Source: an uncultured Thermoplasmatales archaeon (lineage in GTDB: Archaea > Thermoplasmatota > E2 > DHVEG-1). Taken from it: a DNA stretch of 63,029 nucleotides. The stretch covers positions 1 to 63,029 of the forward strand of contig CAYLLH010000112.1 in NCBI GenBank assembly GCA_964384785.1, in the 5' to 3' direction. Of the stretch, positions 35,601 to 44,103 are shown one piece after another (the stretch's first letter is position 1; the number at the start of each line of letters is the position of its first letter). The translations under genes were made by a program, and so were the position numbers. The notes under the pieces were generated by a model. The model worked only from the letters and a program-made list of their open reading frames with translations, searched no databases and was not told the DNA's origin.

Positions 35601-36204
35601 ATCAAAATTTCAATATAATAAATATAGTTCTTTTGATATTGAAAAAAATCTTGAAAATTTGCATTCAACAGGTTTTATCACAAGTATATGTAACACTGGA
35701 GGAAGTTATCTTCATCTTATGTTAGTACGCCATGGTTCTGTTTTCCAGATACAAAATCCTTGGCCTTCTTCTATATATAGCTCTGTATGGATGCAATCAA
35801 TACCTCGAGATATTGTTTCAGGGGCATCTTTAGGTGAAGCATATGCAAATGGTCTTGAACATGTTGGAAGTATGATTCTATCAAAAAATAATAAAAATCA
35901 GTGGTGGTGGGATTCTGGTCAAAATCTAATATATTATGGTGATCCAAACCTGCGTGTTTATGTTCCAGATTCAAATTATGATGATTCTAATACTTGGGAA
36001 AAACCTGTTTTTTTAAAATATTCTGAGTCTAATGTTGATGGACATACTGTATTTGGAGCAGAAAAATATCCACATGAAAGACAACCTGTGTCGTTATTTG
36101 AAAGATATTTTTATTTGATTCTTTTTGTTTCTTTGATTACTTTGGTTTTAATCTTAATTTTTTCTTATGATAAAGTTTTTAATAGAGGTGAATCAAAAAA
36201 ATGA
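32602..36204 (+). CDS. Large (1200 aa) surface protein: signal peptide, C-terminal TM anchor, possible gingipain/C25-like C-terminal domain
   Basis: Signal 'ITFIILVSLITTSTLAFT' and C-terminal 'YFYLILFVSLITLVLILIFSY' plus a basic tail. Candidate catalytic contexts are 'VLLWIHGSHGD' (about 35131-35150) and 'ITSICNTGG' (about 35680-35700), with 'LIYYGDPNLRVY'. Three 'A..xxAPLL/SPVL' modules are reminiscent of CWB2 repeats. Confidence 0.7.
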   Translation: MKTYFQKFKKLSITFIILVSLITTSTLAFTTVAKNPKENEQGFNKGSSYLPVNTVKKTTLVNYNENSYLDDYAYFASIPTAVFKNNNQLYSHPLLFYQDSVKDENKILTSNGRTGLNYFMEDWESANNDVFDEITTINIPTGKINQWNAETYNTINSDSPEEIAEKIALHDWSYSDEAVLANINTNYNDKSKTEISNMIKSSIQPCDVKKISKMNFVLKNRLKPEFNIFQIDNDYKHVKADVYWDILIDSKKIGMISSADPAGNPDVQFYSPKNNDWIQTSATCSETKGPYGHKYANAHINEPGKWKISISDIPTQELSSNIKQRFSNFLQKNKLTYYVDITMYPGVDIEIPDVPEYKSQNAFFKLKWDDPKKQLGFSIIGPNKESIFTKLDETKTGVLEIKLNELPEILDDKKYSLSVFSKNDVTEEISFEVEYGWETKPGKNRDSLTSASEGSILASQLNAPLLYAKNGKISESTEKVLFKLGVKKIYLVDINKNIDVTAKYALQENFNVKYYSSLKKIYDKIRDFSKNNDVIFSTIESWIDWDPETLKPNYKESYGLSLGPAAFIAAHHGSPVLIIENHPELSSAALYHNQLWNRYSTDRKFHRPSDLEMYLTGTAIYEFLKEYGFDKNDEKETIITVAGQYNIGPSWDRIFPGVANSGRFFGNPVDISYWVSRNIFYPILVFENPGVEDEIELINGSSSYRDTGLKLGNIKNFVLTKDALIQGGINYFRKTSDSKIEVYKNPVLCSFLVYQHRFNERASKYYGEKYVCADGTVPGETVTDYPIDSDIMKVFTGSDEMVFPDITESEIIPLYLKKGGFDSVYSTSKEAVVENLNQGVLLWIHGSHGDEKDGGTTLFWNPQEGFENRDNYFVAKLLYFHKSYLDLQNNKIVNLLSTFIPQIKGTFKLSEPKIGVFQDDNPWRAYEWYMGSTDEPDTMAVDIKGMLPYTSLSSSLFPSLNMPYVASYEPFKVFLNNIIPFTDPFNVESNYDGVVGSFAQSKFQYNKYSSFDIEKNLENLHSTGFITSICNTGGSYLHLMLVRHGSVFQIQNPWPSSIYSSVWMQSIPRDIVSGASLGEAYANGLEHVGSMILSKNNKNQWWWDSGQNLIYYGDPNLRVYVPDSNYDDSNTWEKPVFLKYSESNVDGHTVFGAEKYPHERQPVSLFERYFYLILFVSLITLVLILIFSYDKVFNRGESKK

Positions 36205-37136
36205 ATAGAAGAATATTTGCAATAATTTTTAGTTTACTTTTTCTAATATCTACAACTGTTAATGCATTAAGTTTGAAAACTAATAACCATAATTTAGATG
36301 ATGTATCTAAAGATTTTTCATCTTCTGATTCTTCCAAAGTTATTTTAGCACAGAATCAGAGTACTGTATCAGAATCACTTTCAAACTCAACATATGGTTT
36401 TACAGGTCCTAGTAAAATTAATTCTACAGGTAAAGGACTCATTTTAATAGTTCCTTTACAACTAGCTAAATTTGACATTCCTGTTCCTAACATTCAGTAT
36501 AATTTCTTTCCTATAAGAGTAAATTTATTTTTAATCTATTGTGTCTATAATGATTCTAATGCTTCAACAAAAATAACAAAAATGAATGGCGAAGTTAAAT
36601 GGATAAATGGCAGTCATTCATTGTTACTCGGAATGTTTTCACTTCCAACAATAAACTTTTTAAGGTTTTTATTAATAGATGGATTAATAGATGGAGCTAG
36701 ACCATTACAAATTCGTTTTGCTAATTTAATTGGTTTGCCACCTATAGCTTTATTATTAACAAAATTACGAGATATGTTTTTGGTTGAACCTTTAATGAAT
36801 ATCTCTGATTCACTGTTTAATTTTTTAAGAGAGATGAAAGGTATTCCACCTAATTATAAACCTATCAATCCTGTATTTGATTTACCCTGGATTAATAATA
36901 TCTGGCAAATAAGAGTAAATATATACATCTATTGGCAGCTTTTTTTGAATTTAGTTGGAATTCCTGTTAAGCCAACACTAATTGGAGTTATAATGCCAAT
37001 CAACCAGATAGGATATACACCTTTTGTAATATGGAATAAAGATCCTATGTTTGGTGATGGAGTTTCCAAAATTCAAGATACTGCTCTCATGTTTTTGAGT
37101 AAATTAGGTTTAGAGCCTCATCCAGATTATAAATAA
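36201..37136 (+). CDS. Secreted hypothetical protein, translationally coupled to the 1200-aa gene
   Basis: 311 aa. ATGA overlap. Signal 'FAIIFSLLFLISTTVNALS'. Confidence 0.6.
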   Translation: MNRRIFAIIFSLLFLISTTVNALSLKTNNHNLDDVSKDFSSSDSSKVILAQNQSTVSESLSNSTYGFTGPSKINSTGKGLILIVPLQLAKFDIPVPNIQYNFFPIRVNLFLIYCVYNDSNASTKITKMNGEVKWINGSHSLLLGMFSLPTINFLRFLLIDGLIDGARPLQIRFANLIGLPPIALLLTKLRDMFLVEPLMNISDSLFNFLREMKGIPPNYKPINPVFDLPWINNIWQIRVNIYIYWQLFLNLVGIPVKPTLIGVIMPINQIGYTPFVIWNKDPMFGDGVSKIQDTALMFLSKLGLEPHPDYK

Positions 37137-37141
37137 ATTTT

Positions 37142-37175
37142 CTTGAGGATTATTGTTCTATAAAATTTATATAAT
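37142..37175 (+). promoter_or_regulatory. Secretome promoter module, copy 4
   Basis: 'TGAGGATTATTGTTCTATAAAATTTATATAA'. TGAGGA at 37144. ATG 37257 is downstream. Confidence 0.55.
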
Positions 37176-37256
37176 ATCTATTATACTATTTTGTCTTTAA
37201 AAGAAGAGCTAATTTAGGTGGTATGGAAAAAAGCCAAAAATTGAGCGATCTATACC

Positions 37257-37862
37257 ATGAAAAAAAATAAAAAAATAAGAATTAATTTGATGCTGGTTTT
37301 GTTAACAATACTTTTTTTAACAACCTCTCTTACAGTATCTGCCCAAACCACTGAAACGAAAACAGAAAATATCAATAAACAAACTACTGGGAAAATATGT
37401 GGATATATTACATGGGGACGCGAACATCCTGATTATGTCAATAAAGGTGATATAATCTCCGGTGAAAATGTTGCTGTTCAGGTTATAAAATATGGAATTG
37501 TGAGATGGAGCGAATCAGATAGATCTGATGAAAACGGTTATTACGAAATAGAAAATATTCCAATGGGTGAAACCTATAAAAATGGTGAACCCTGGGAATT
37601 TGTTGTTCAACTAAGTATCGTTATCAATGATGGAGGCATAATCTATAGGTATAGAGGTAGTTCTAATCGTTTTGAAATGCCTGAAAATGGTGACAAGATC
37701 ATATATAAAAATGTTAGTACCAACTCAGTTGATATTGAACGTTATGGACTACATCGTAATAACTTATTTCAGCAAATAATAGATTTTTTTAAAATAAATC
37801 TACCAATTTTTTTAGATCATTCATTTATTAACGAAAATTTTCTAGCTAATAAATTTCTTTAA
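37257..37862 (+). CDS. Secreted protein with carboxypeptidase-regulatory-like beta-sandwich motif
   Basis: 201 aa. Signal 'LMLVLLTILFLTTSLTVSAQT'. 'ENGYYEIENIPMGETY' resembles the CarboxypepD_reg 'G.Y.i..lp.G.Y' motif. Confidence 0.5.
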   Translation: MKKNKKIRINLMLVLLTILFLTTSLTVSAQTTETKTENINKQTTGKICGYITWGREHPDYVNKGDIISGENVAVQVIKYGIVRWSESDRSDENGYYEIENIPMGETYKNGEPWEFVVQLSIVINDGGIIYRYRGSSNRFEMPENGDKIIYKNVSTNSVDIERYGLHRNNLFQQIIDFFKINLPIFLDHSFINENFLANKFL

Positions 37863-39425
37863 AAATTTTGTAAATTTGTTTGAAGGAATCCTTATTTTAT
37901 TGCAAATAAATTCAATGAGTTGAATGTCTTCAATCTCTATACTTTTTGATAAAATAAAAAACAGAAAGTAGATTATGTAGAACACAAAAAGATATAATAT
38001 AATATTCCAAGAATGAAGAATTGGGTAGTATTCAAAAAAGTAGAATAAAATGGCAGCTGCTATGATCATTATTACTGTTGGTTTTATCAAATGTAGATTA
38101 AAAGGTTTTAGTTTTATTTCTTTATAAAGAAAAATATTTTTTATTAAAGTAAAAATGAAAATAGCTATTAGAGTTGATATTGCTGCTCCTGCTATTCCAT
38201 AAATTGGTATCAAAATTATGTTTAAAACAATGTTTATAACTGCTGAACAAAAAATTGCATACATCACAAGTCTGGGTTTCCCGATCGATACAAGGGTTGC
38301 CCCATTTGGTCCTGAAAAATTTGTAATCATTGCAGCTAAAGCTAAAAGCCTAAGAGCAGTACCCGCAAGTAAATATTCTGAACCATAAAATATTTTGATC
38401 AAAAAATCTGGGAATAAAAAAATAAAAAGAAACAATGGAAATGTTACAAAACAAAGCCATTTTGTTAAAATAATATAAACCTTATTAATCTCATTTATTT
38501 TTTTTCCACCATATAGATTTGAAGCAACCGGCATATACATTACTAGTAAAACACCAATTGGGAATGTTAAAAAACCTGATAGAACAAATGCTACATTGTA
38601 AATCCCAACACTTACAACATTTTTTAAGAAACCAATTAAAAAATTATTAGCCCAAATATTTATTTTTTGAAGGATTGTAACTGTTAAAAGAGGGAGAGAG
38701 AACAATAAGAGTTTTTTAGCAATATCATAATCAAACTTTTTTTCGCTAATCTTTGCTATGTTTTCAGATTTTTTAAAACTATAAAATAGCAAAATTATGA
38801 ATGTAATGCAAGAGGTAAACAGACAACCATAAAAAATATAAATAAAAGAAAAATCAAAAATTATCACAAAGATTATTGAACTAATAAAAACCAATGAATA
38901 CATTATTTGATGAAAATATACAAAAGGTTTGATGTTATTTAAACCACGGAAAATAGATACAAGCACCGTTATAATGTTTAAAAAAGGTATAGTAAAAGCC
39001 AATAGTATTAAGGGTTGTAAAAGTTTTTTTTCTTCAAAAATTTGATTAGAAATAAATTGTGAGGATAACAACAGAATAATTGCCATTATTATACTAAAAA
39101 TAGTTGTTAAAAAAAGTGATGTTTTAACTATTACTGGTATTTTTTGTGTGTTTTTTTTACCTTTTTCAAATGCAACATTTCTTGTCATGCATCGGTCAAA
39201 ACCAAAAACTCCTACAGCGGTAAAAATCTGTAGAATTGAAAAAGCTAGAGTAAAAATTCCTAATTCTGTTTTTGTCCAAAATCTTGCTATTAGAACAGAT
39301 GTTAAAAATAAAAAAAGAGATGAGATTAGAGAGCCAATAAATACAAAACTTGTTCCTCCTACTACGGTTTTAAGTGAATCAGATACCCATTTTACCTTTG
39401 TTTCTTTTTCTATGTTTTTTCCCAT
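37842..39425 (-). CDS. MOP-superfamily polysaccharide/oligosaccharide flippase (Wzx-like)
   Basis: 527 aa with about 14 TM helices and the typical polysaccharide-biosynthesis-protein topology. Its 3' end overlaps the convergent gene by 21 nt. Confidence 0.75.
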   Translation of the reverse strand: MGKNIEKETKVKWVSDSLKTVVGGTSFVFIGSLISSLFLFLTSVLIARFWTKTELGIFTLAFSILQIFTAVGVFGFDRCMTRNVAFEKGKKNTQKIPVIVKTSLFLTTIFSIIMAIILLLSSQFISNQIFEEKKLLQPLILLAFTIPFLNIITVLVSIFRGLNNIKPFVYFHQIMYSLVFISSIIFVIIFDFSFIYIFYGCLFTSCITFIILLFYSFKKSENIAKISEKKFDYDIAKKLLLFSLPLLTVTILQKINIWANNFLIGFLKNVVSVGIYNVAFVLSGFLTFPIGVLLVMYMPVASNLYGGKKINEINKVYIILTKWLCFVTFPLFLFIFLFPDFLIKIFYGSEYLLAGTALRLLALAAMITNFSGPNGATLVSIGKPRLVMYAIFCSAVINIVLNIILIPIYGIAGAAISTLIAIFIFTLIKNIFLYKEIKLKPFNLHLIKPTVIMIIAAAILFYFFEYYPILHSWNIILYLFVFYIIYFLFFILSKSIEIEDIQLIEFICNKIRIPSNKFTKFLKKFIS

Positions 39426-39473
39426 CCCAAAATTTTGATTCTTATTACATTTTTTTTTATGAAAATAACTTTA

Positions 39474-40307
39474 CTAGTTGTTTTTTTTGAATTTTTTATA
39501 TAGATACACTATACTTAGTAGAATTGTGATAAGGATTATTAAAAGTGCTACTAAAATAAGAGTGTAATCTGATAGTTTATTAAATTTTGAATTATCTTTT
39601 TCAATTGTTCCAGCAGATCCATTATGTGTTTCGTAAGCAATTAATTCTGTTGATGTTGTTTTTATATTGTTTTTATATCTGTCTTTTTTAATAAACCATC
39701 CAATGTTTTGCGAATAATATTTTGTTGTATAATTCTGTGTTTCATTTTTTTTGTATGTTTTTACTCCTAAACAATTGAATTTTCCTACCTTGGTTTCTAT
39801 TGTTTTTTGTCCGATGTATTCAACAATATAGGTTGTATTTTTTGTTTCGATTTTTTCTCCGTCATATTTTGTTCTTGTTATATTTACTTCTTTTTCACCA
39901 GTTTCTTTTATAGGCCATATAGAATATGATTTTGGGAAAGTTGCCCAGTATCCTGCTTCGTAGTAATCTGTTTTTCTTTGTTTTAGTGTAGATACTTCAT
40001 AATATGTTTTCTGGTTAAAATCTAAAGGGTTGATTCCATATTTTGTTTCTAGTTCCCACGTAAGATATTCTATTTCATTTATGAATATATTTTTTTTATC
40101 TTTTACAATAATTGTAAAAGTACCCGTTCCGTTTTCAACAATAGTTGATTCTGTTGTCCATCCATTGTATTGCCATTTGTCCCCTATTTTAAAGCTAGGG
40201 GCATTCATTTCTGCTTTTGCATAGGGTATTGGTAGTAAGTTTAATGTTAATATGATAAATGTTATGAAAAAAACGAGTTTATTTTTTGTTATTATTTTTG
40301 TTCTCAT
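39474..40307 (-). CDS. Surface protein with signal peptide and C-terminal TM anchor
   Basis: 277 aa. 'LVFFITFIILTLNLLPIPYAKA' signal and C-terminal 'YTLILVALLIILITILLSIVYLY' followed by KKFKK. Confidence 0.6.
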   Translation of the reverse strand: MRTKIITKNKLVFFITFIILTLNLLPIPYAKAEMNAPSFKIGDKWQYNGWTTESTIVENGTGTFTIIVKDKKNIFINEIEYLTWELETKYGINPLDFNQKTYYEVSTLKQRKTDYYEAGYWATFPKSYSIWPIKETGEKEVNITRTKYDGEKIETKNTTYIVEYIGQKTIETKVGKFNCLGVKTYKKNETQNYTTKYYSQNIGWFIKKDRYKNNIKTTSTELIAYETHNGSAGTIEKDNSKFNKLSDYTLILVALLIILITILLSIVYLYKKFKKNN

Positions 40308-40447
40308 CCTCTCGATTGTTTGATATGTTTTTTTGTTTATTTAATAATTCCTTTGTTTTAATGTTAAATTACAGTGTCATGTTATAGCAATACATAGTTT
40401 TTTATACTTGTATTTACATAACATATAACGGGGGTAGTTTTAGAATT

Positions 40448-42052
40448 ATGAAAAATAGAGGTGAGTTTGTAAAAAAATTTTTAGTTTTTATGATGCTGAT
40501 GATTCTTATCGCTGCAACTTTCTCTTCGGCAGCAACATTTAAATCAGATAAAAAAACATATTCTATTGAAAACAAAAAAATCAAAGAAAATGAAAAAAAT
40601 TTAAAAGAAAATTTTTTAGAAAATTTAAAAAACACAAAGTATGCTGAAAATGTATTAGCAGATAAAAATATCCTGTCAGCTAAAAAAACAAGTATTTTTT
40701 CAACAGTTGTTAAAACTGAATGTGAAAATGTTGAGAAAACACAAGAGGTTTTTTTTGGTTTTAAAAACAAAATAGATGTAGATAATAATCCAGATACAGG
40801 TGTTAACGGAAAAGATATACAAGTACAGTATCTTCTTATGCCATGGTTTGATTTTAATGAAGGAATAGGTTTTGGTTTGATTTTTTCTTTAAATGTTGAA
40901 AGAATAGGTGAAGAGGTTAAAACTAAGAATCTTAGTGTAACAATGGAAACAGGCTGGAAAGAGGTTTCATTTGGTTTCTGGTCTCCACAAAAATCTGGTA
41001 ACACTATTCCTGATTCAGTCAGTCTTTCTTTTGGTTTAATGTTTTATTTAACAGGTAGTAAACATGGTTTTTCAATTAATCTTAATCCAAGTTATTCGGA
41101 TGGATCTGAAGGTAAAGAAATAGTTTTGTTTTCAGATCACAAAACAGATAATAAACGAAGGATTTATTCTTTACATTTTGATCCTGCGGTTGAAACACAA
41201 GTTGATGTTTTTTCAACAAAAAAACAAGGTGAATGGCAGTATAGCTTTAATAGAAAATCATCTGTTAGTTCAACTGTTACTTCTACTTTCTCAAGGATTG
41301 CTGGCGGTGAAAGAAAAGACACATCCTTTATAATTGATAGAATTCCTTCAAGTATGTCTTTTACCCTGGGTTTAACACCTTTTAGGCAGGGTGGCGGAAG
41401 TTTTCTTTATGAAAGCAGCAGATCATATGATGTTGAAATGATTGTGGAATCAAATCAAATCGGTGTTTGTAGATATGCAGCCATACGTAATACTCCTAAT
41501 AGTTTGTATGCGGAATGGGATCCAAGTCTTTCAGATGGATACTATAGTATGGATATAAGCTCTGAATCAACAGATTTTGTATTAATGAATTCATTGGTGA
41601 ATCCATCAGTTAACCTTGAAATAAATGATTTAGCTGATCTAGATTTTGATGCAACCTGGGATCTTTCTAACCCTGGAGAGTTTACAATTGAAAGAGAAAC
41701 AGATTTTGTAATCAATTTAGATTTTGAAATCTTTGACTGGGAGTTAGATTTCTATGGAAAACCGCTGGCTTCATATTTTTACACCAACTGGTATATACAA
41801 TCTACAGGATATCTTGAAATTGATACAAATTGGGAGCCATTGAGTGAAGCAGATTTACTTATTAAATCTACAGATGTAGGAATAAGGACAAATGCTGAAA
41901 CCATGAAAACTAAGGATTTCAGACTTGATTGGACTGTTTGGCCTCCAAAAGATTGGAATGTAGAAAAACAAGGAGAAATCGATTTTGCAGAAATGGAAAT
42001 AGAAGTATTTCTACAAGGACAATGGTATCATCTTTGGCCACTTTCAAACTAA
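40448..42052 (+). CDS. Secreted hypothetical protein
   Basis: 534 aa. Signal 'FLVFMMLMILIAATFSSAA'. No recognisable catalytic motif. The antisense ORF 40414..41004 is judged a shadow. Confidence 0.6.
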   Translation: MKNRGEFVKKFLVFMMLMILIAATFSSAATFKSDKKTYSIENKKIKENEKNLKENFLENLKNTKYAENVLADKNILSAKKTSIFSTVVKTECENVEKTQEVFFGFKNKIDVDNNPDTGVNGKDIQVQYLLMPWFDFNEGIGFGLIFSLNVERIGEEVKTKNLSVTMETGWKEVSFGFWSPQKSGNTIPDSVSLSFGLMFYLTGSKHGFSINLNPSYSDGSEGKEIVLFSDHKTDNKRRIYSLHFDPAVETQVDVFSTKKQGEWQYSFNRKSSVSSTVTSTFSRIAGGERKDTSFIIDRIPSSMSFTLGLTPFRQGGGSFLYESSRSYDVEMIVESNQIGVCRYAAIRNTPNSLYAEWDPSLSDGYYSMDISSESTDFVLMNSLVNPSVNLEINDLADLDFDATWDLSNPGEFTIERETDFVINLDFEIFDWELDFYGKPLASYFYTNWYIQSTGYLEIDTNWEPLSEADLLIKSTDVGIRTNAETMKTKDFRLDWTVWPPKDWNVEKQGEIDFAEMEIEVFLQGQWYHLWPLSN

Positions 42053-42111
42053 CAAACGATGAAAACTTTTATAAAACATAACCAATTAAATACGTTATAT
42101 CTGATAAAAAT

Positions 42112-42576
42112 ATGAACAATATACATAATATAACAGTAAGAGTCATCGAAAAAGATGAACAAAAAATCCCAGATATAATCCAAAAATTCAATCAACTACT
42201 ACCATTGGATTTCAAAAAAGAAAAAATTAGTATAAATCATGACACAGCGAAAGGATTTGAAGATAAAACAATTCATATTCTCACCATGGATACCACTAAA
42301 ACCCAACATAATAAAACACTCATAAAAAATATTTTTAACAATTTACCAGATGATTATAAAACACAGATTTATCATCAAATAAAAAGTCGTTTAGATGATG
42401 AAGGAAATTTCTATATAAGACTTGATAAGGAATCACTTCTCGATGATAAATTTGAACTAGTTGATCATGGTGATTGTTTTCACATCCGTTTGAAAATAGC
42501 TGCTTACCCAAGTAATCAAGAAAATCTTAAAAAATCTACAAAACAGTTTTTAGAAAAAACAGGTTGTAAAAAATAA
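42112..42576 (+). CDS. COG1325/DUF54-type putative RNA-binding protein
   Basis: 154 aa. 'IHNITVRVIEKDEQK' N-terminus and 'FYIRLDKESL' resemble the family's 'lRlDKQ' block. Confidence 0.55.
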   Translation: MNNIHNITVRVIEKDEQKIPDIIQKFNQLLPLDFKKEKISINHDTAKGFEDKTIHILTMDTTKTQHNKTLIKNIFNNLPDDYKTQIYHQIKSRLDDEGNFYIRLDKESLLDDKFELVDHGDCFHIRLKIAAYPSNQENLKKSTKQFLEKTGCKK

Positions 42577-42596
42577 AAATCTTTTTCTGGTTTTTT

Positions 42597-43988
42597 TTAT
42601 TCGTTTCTAAACAATGGTCCTTTACCTGTTATTTCTTCTACTGTAAAAATAGCTGAACTGACTGCTCCGTCAACACCTGTGCTGAACTCATAACATGAAT
42701 CACCTGCTACATACAAATTTTTTATAGGTGTACTTGGTCCGAAACGGTTTTTCCCATGCCAGTTAATAGTTCTTCTAAGACCATCAACTATTGGAAAAAA
42801 ATGATGAGTCTGCCATGTGAAATCTTTTTCAAAATCAAAATTTGGAAAAACAGGTTGCAGATCTTTTATCATACGTTTCACAAGACCTTCCTGATCTTTT
42901 AAATCATCCATATCCTTTATTTCTACAGCGAAATTAAAAAGATAACAGTCTTTTGGTGCTTGTTTGAATTTTTTTGGGAATTCATATACCAGATAATATG
43001 AGTCAACATGTTTTGTCTCTGTTTGAGGTATCATAACCCATGTACCTATGGGTTTTTCTAAAAGTGTTTTTTTACTTCCACCTATGATAAGAAAAAGATT
43101 AGTCGAATCTTTTTTAGCTGCTTTTAGTTTTTTTCTGTATCCCTCTGGAAGATATTTTTCAGCTATATCCAACAATCCATATACTGGTGCAGCATAGATC
43201 ACGTTTTTTGCTTCAATAACTGTGTCATCAGAAAGAGTTACTCCTAATATTTTGTTTTCTTCAACATTAATTTTTTCTACTTTTTCTCCAAGTATTATTC
43301 GTCCATTGTTTCTTCTAATTATTTCAGCAAAAGCTTTTACAATATTTGCAACTCCGTCTTTTGATGCAAACAATGGTGTACCATATTTTTTGATACCGCG
43401 TTGAAAGGCTTTCATACAAAAAAGAAGATCTCCGCCTGAGAGTTTATCGGTTTCTGTAACTGTTTGGTATCCTGCTACAAATCCATCTGTAAAAATCTCT
43501 CGGGCATCATCATCAAAATCAAAATGGTCATAGAGTTCATCAATGGATTTGTAAAGCCATTTGTTTTTTATTTCATCGAAACTTGTTTTTTCTGCATATT
43601 TTAATAGTTTGTTGATTTTAAGTTTCGAACTCAGAGGCATAAAGGGATATGCTGTTAGTTTTTCCAAAAAATTTTTTGGAGGTTTATGAAACTCATTATA
43701 ACGATAAAACATCGGCATGTTAACCTGTTCTACGTCACAGTATTCATCAGCACCAGTATGCTTTATTACAAAATCAAGATAGTTATCAGTGGGAAACACA
43801 TGATGGCCGAAATCAACATAGTAGTCATCTATATTATTCCAACCATATTCTTTAGGCGTCCTTGTCGCTGATCTTCCACCATAAAAATTGTTTTTATCAA
43901 CAACTAATACTTTTTGATCCTTTGAAAGTAATGCACCTGCAGCTGTTCCAGTAAAGCCTGCACCAATGATCACGGTATCATATTTCAT
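42597..43988 (-). CDS. FAD/NAD(P)-binding oxidoreductase, phytoene-desaturase-like
   Basis: 463 aa. 'YDTVIIGAGFTGTAAGALL' GxGxxG and C-terminal 'LYVAGDS'. Confidence 0.8.
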   Translation of the reverse strand: MKYDTVIIGAGFTGTAAGALLSKDQKVLVVDKNNFYGGRSATRTPKEYGWNNIDDYYVDFGHHVFPTDNYLDFVIKHTGADEYCDVEQVNMPMFYRYNEFHKPPKNFLEKLTAYPFMPLSSKLKINKLLKYAEKTSFDEIKNKWLYKSIDELYDHFDFDDDAREIFTDGFVAGYQTVTETDKLSGGDLLFCMKAFQRGIKKYGTPLFASKDGVANIVKAFAEIIRRNNGRIILGEKVEKINVEENKILGVTLSDDTVIEAKNVIYAAPVYGLLDIAEKYLPEGYRKKLKAAKKDSTNLFLIIGGSKKTLLEKPIGTWVMIPQTETKHVDSYYLVYEFPKKFKQAPKDCYLFNFAVEIKDMDDLKDQEGLVKRMIKDLQPVFPNFDFEKDFTWQTHHFFPIVDGLRRTINWHGKNRFGPSTPIKNLYVAGDSCYEFSTGVDGAVSSAIFTVEEITGKGPLFRNE

Positions 43989-44103
43989 GAAAAACTTTTT
44001 TCCTCCTTTGTAAAAAAAATTATTAATAATTTCTAATTTGTAGATATCAAAAGAGTATTATATTTTTTATTGTTTCAAAAAAAGAAAAAAAGAGATGTTT
44101 TTT

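Noticed and set aside
37223-37270. 15-codon upstream ORF 'MEKSQKLSDLYHEKK' before the 37257 gene
   Set aside because: The AGGTGGT lies directly against its ATG with no spacer. The ORF overlaps the main start out of frame. It could be a leader peptide, but nothing supports that.
40414-41004. 196-aa minus-strand ORF at the 5' end of 40448..42052
   Set aside because: It overlaps a much longer + strand ORF that has a clean signal peptide and a GGGGGT ribosome-binding site. The minus-strand product is low-complexity.
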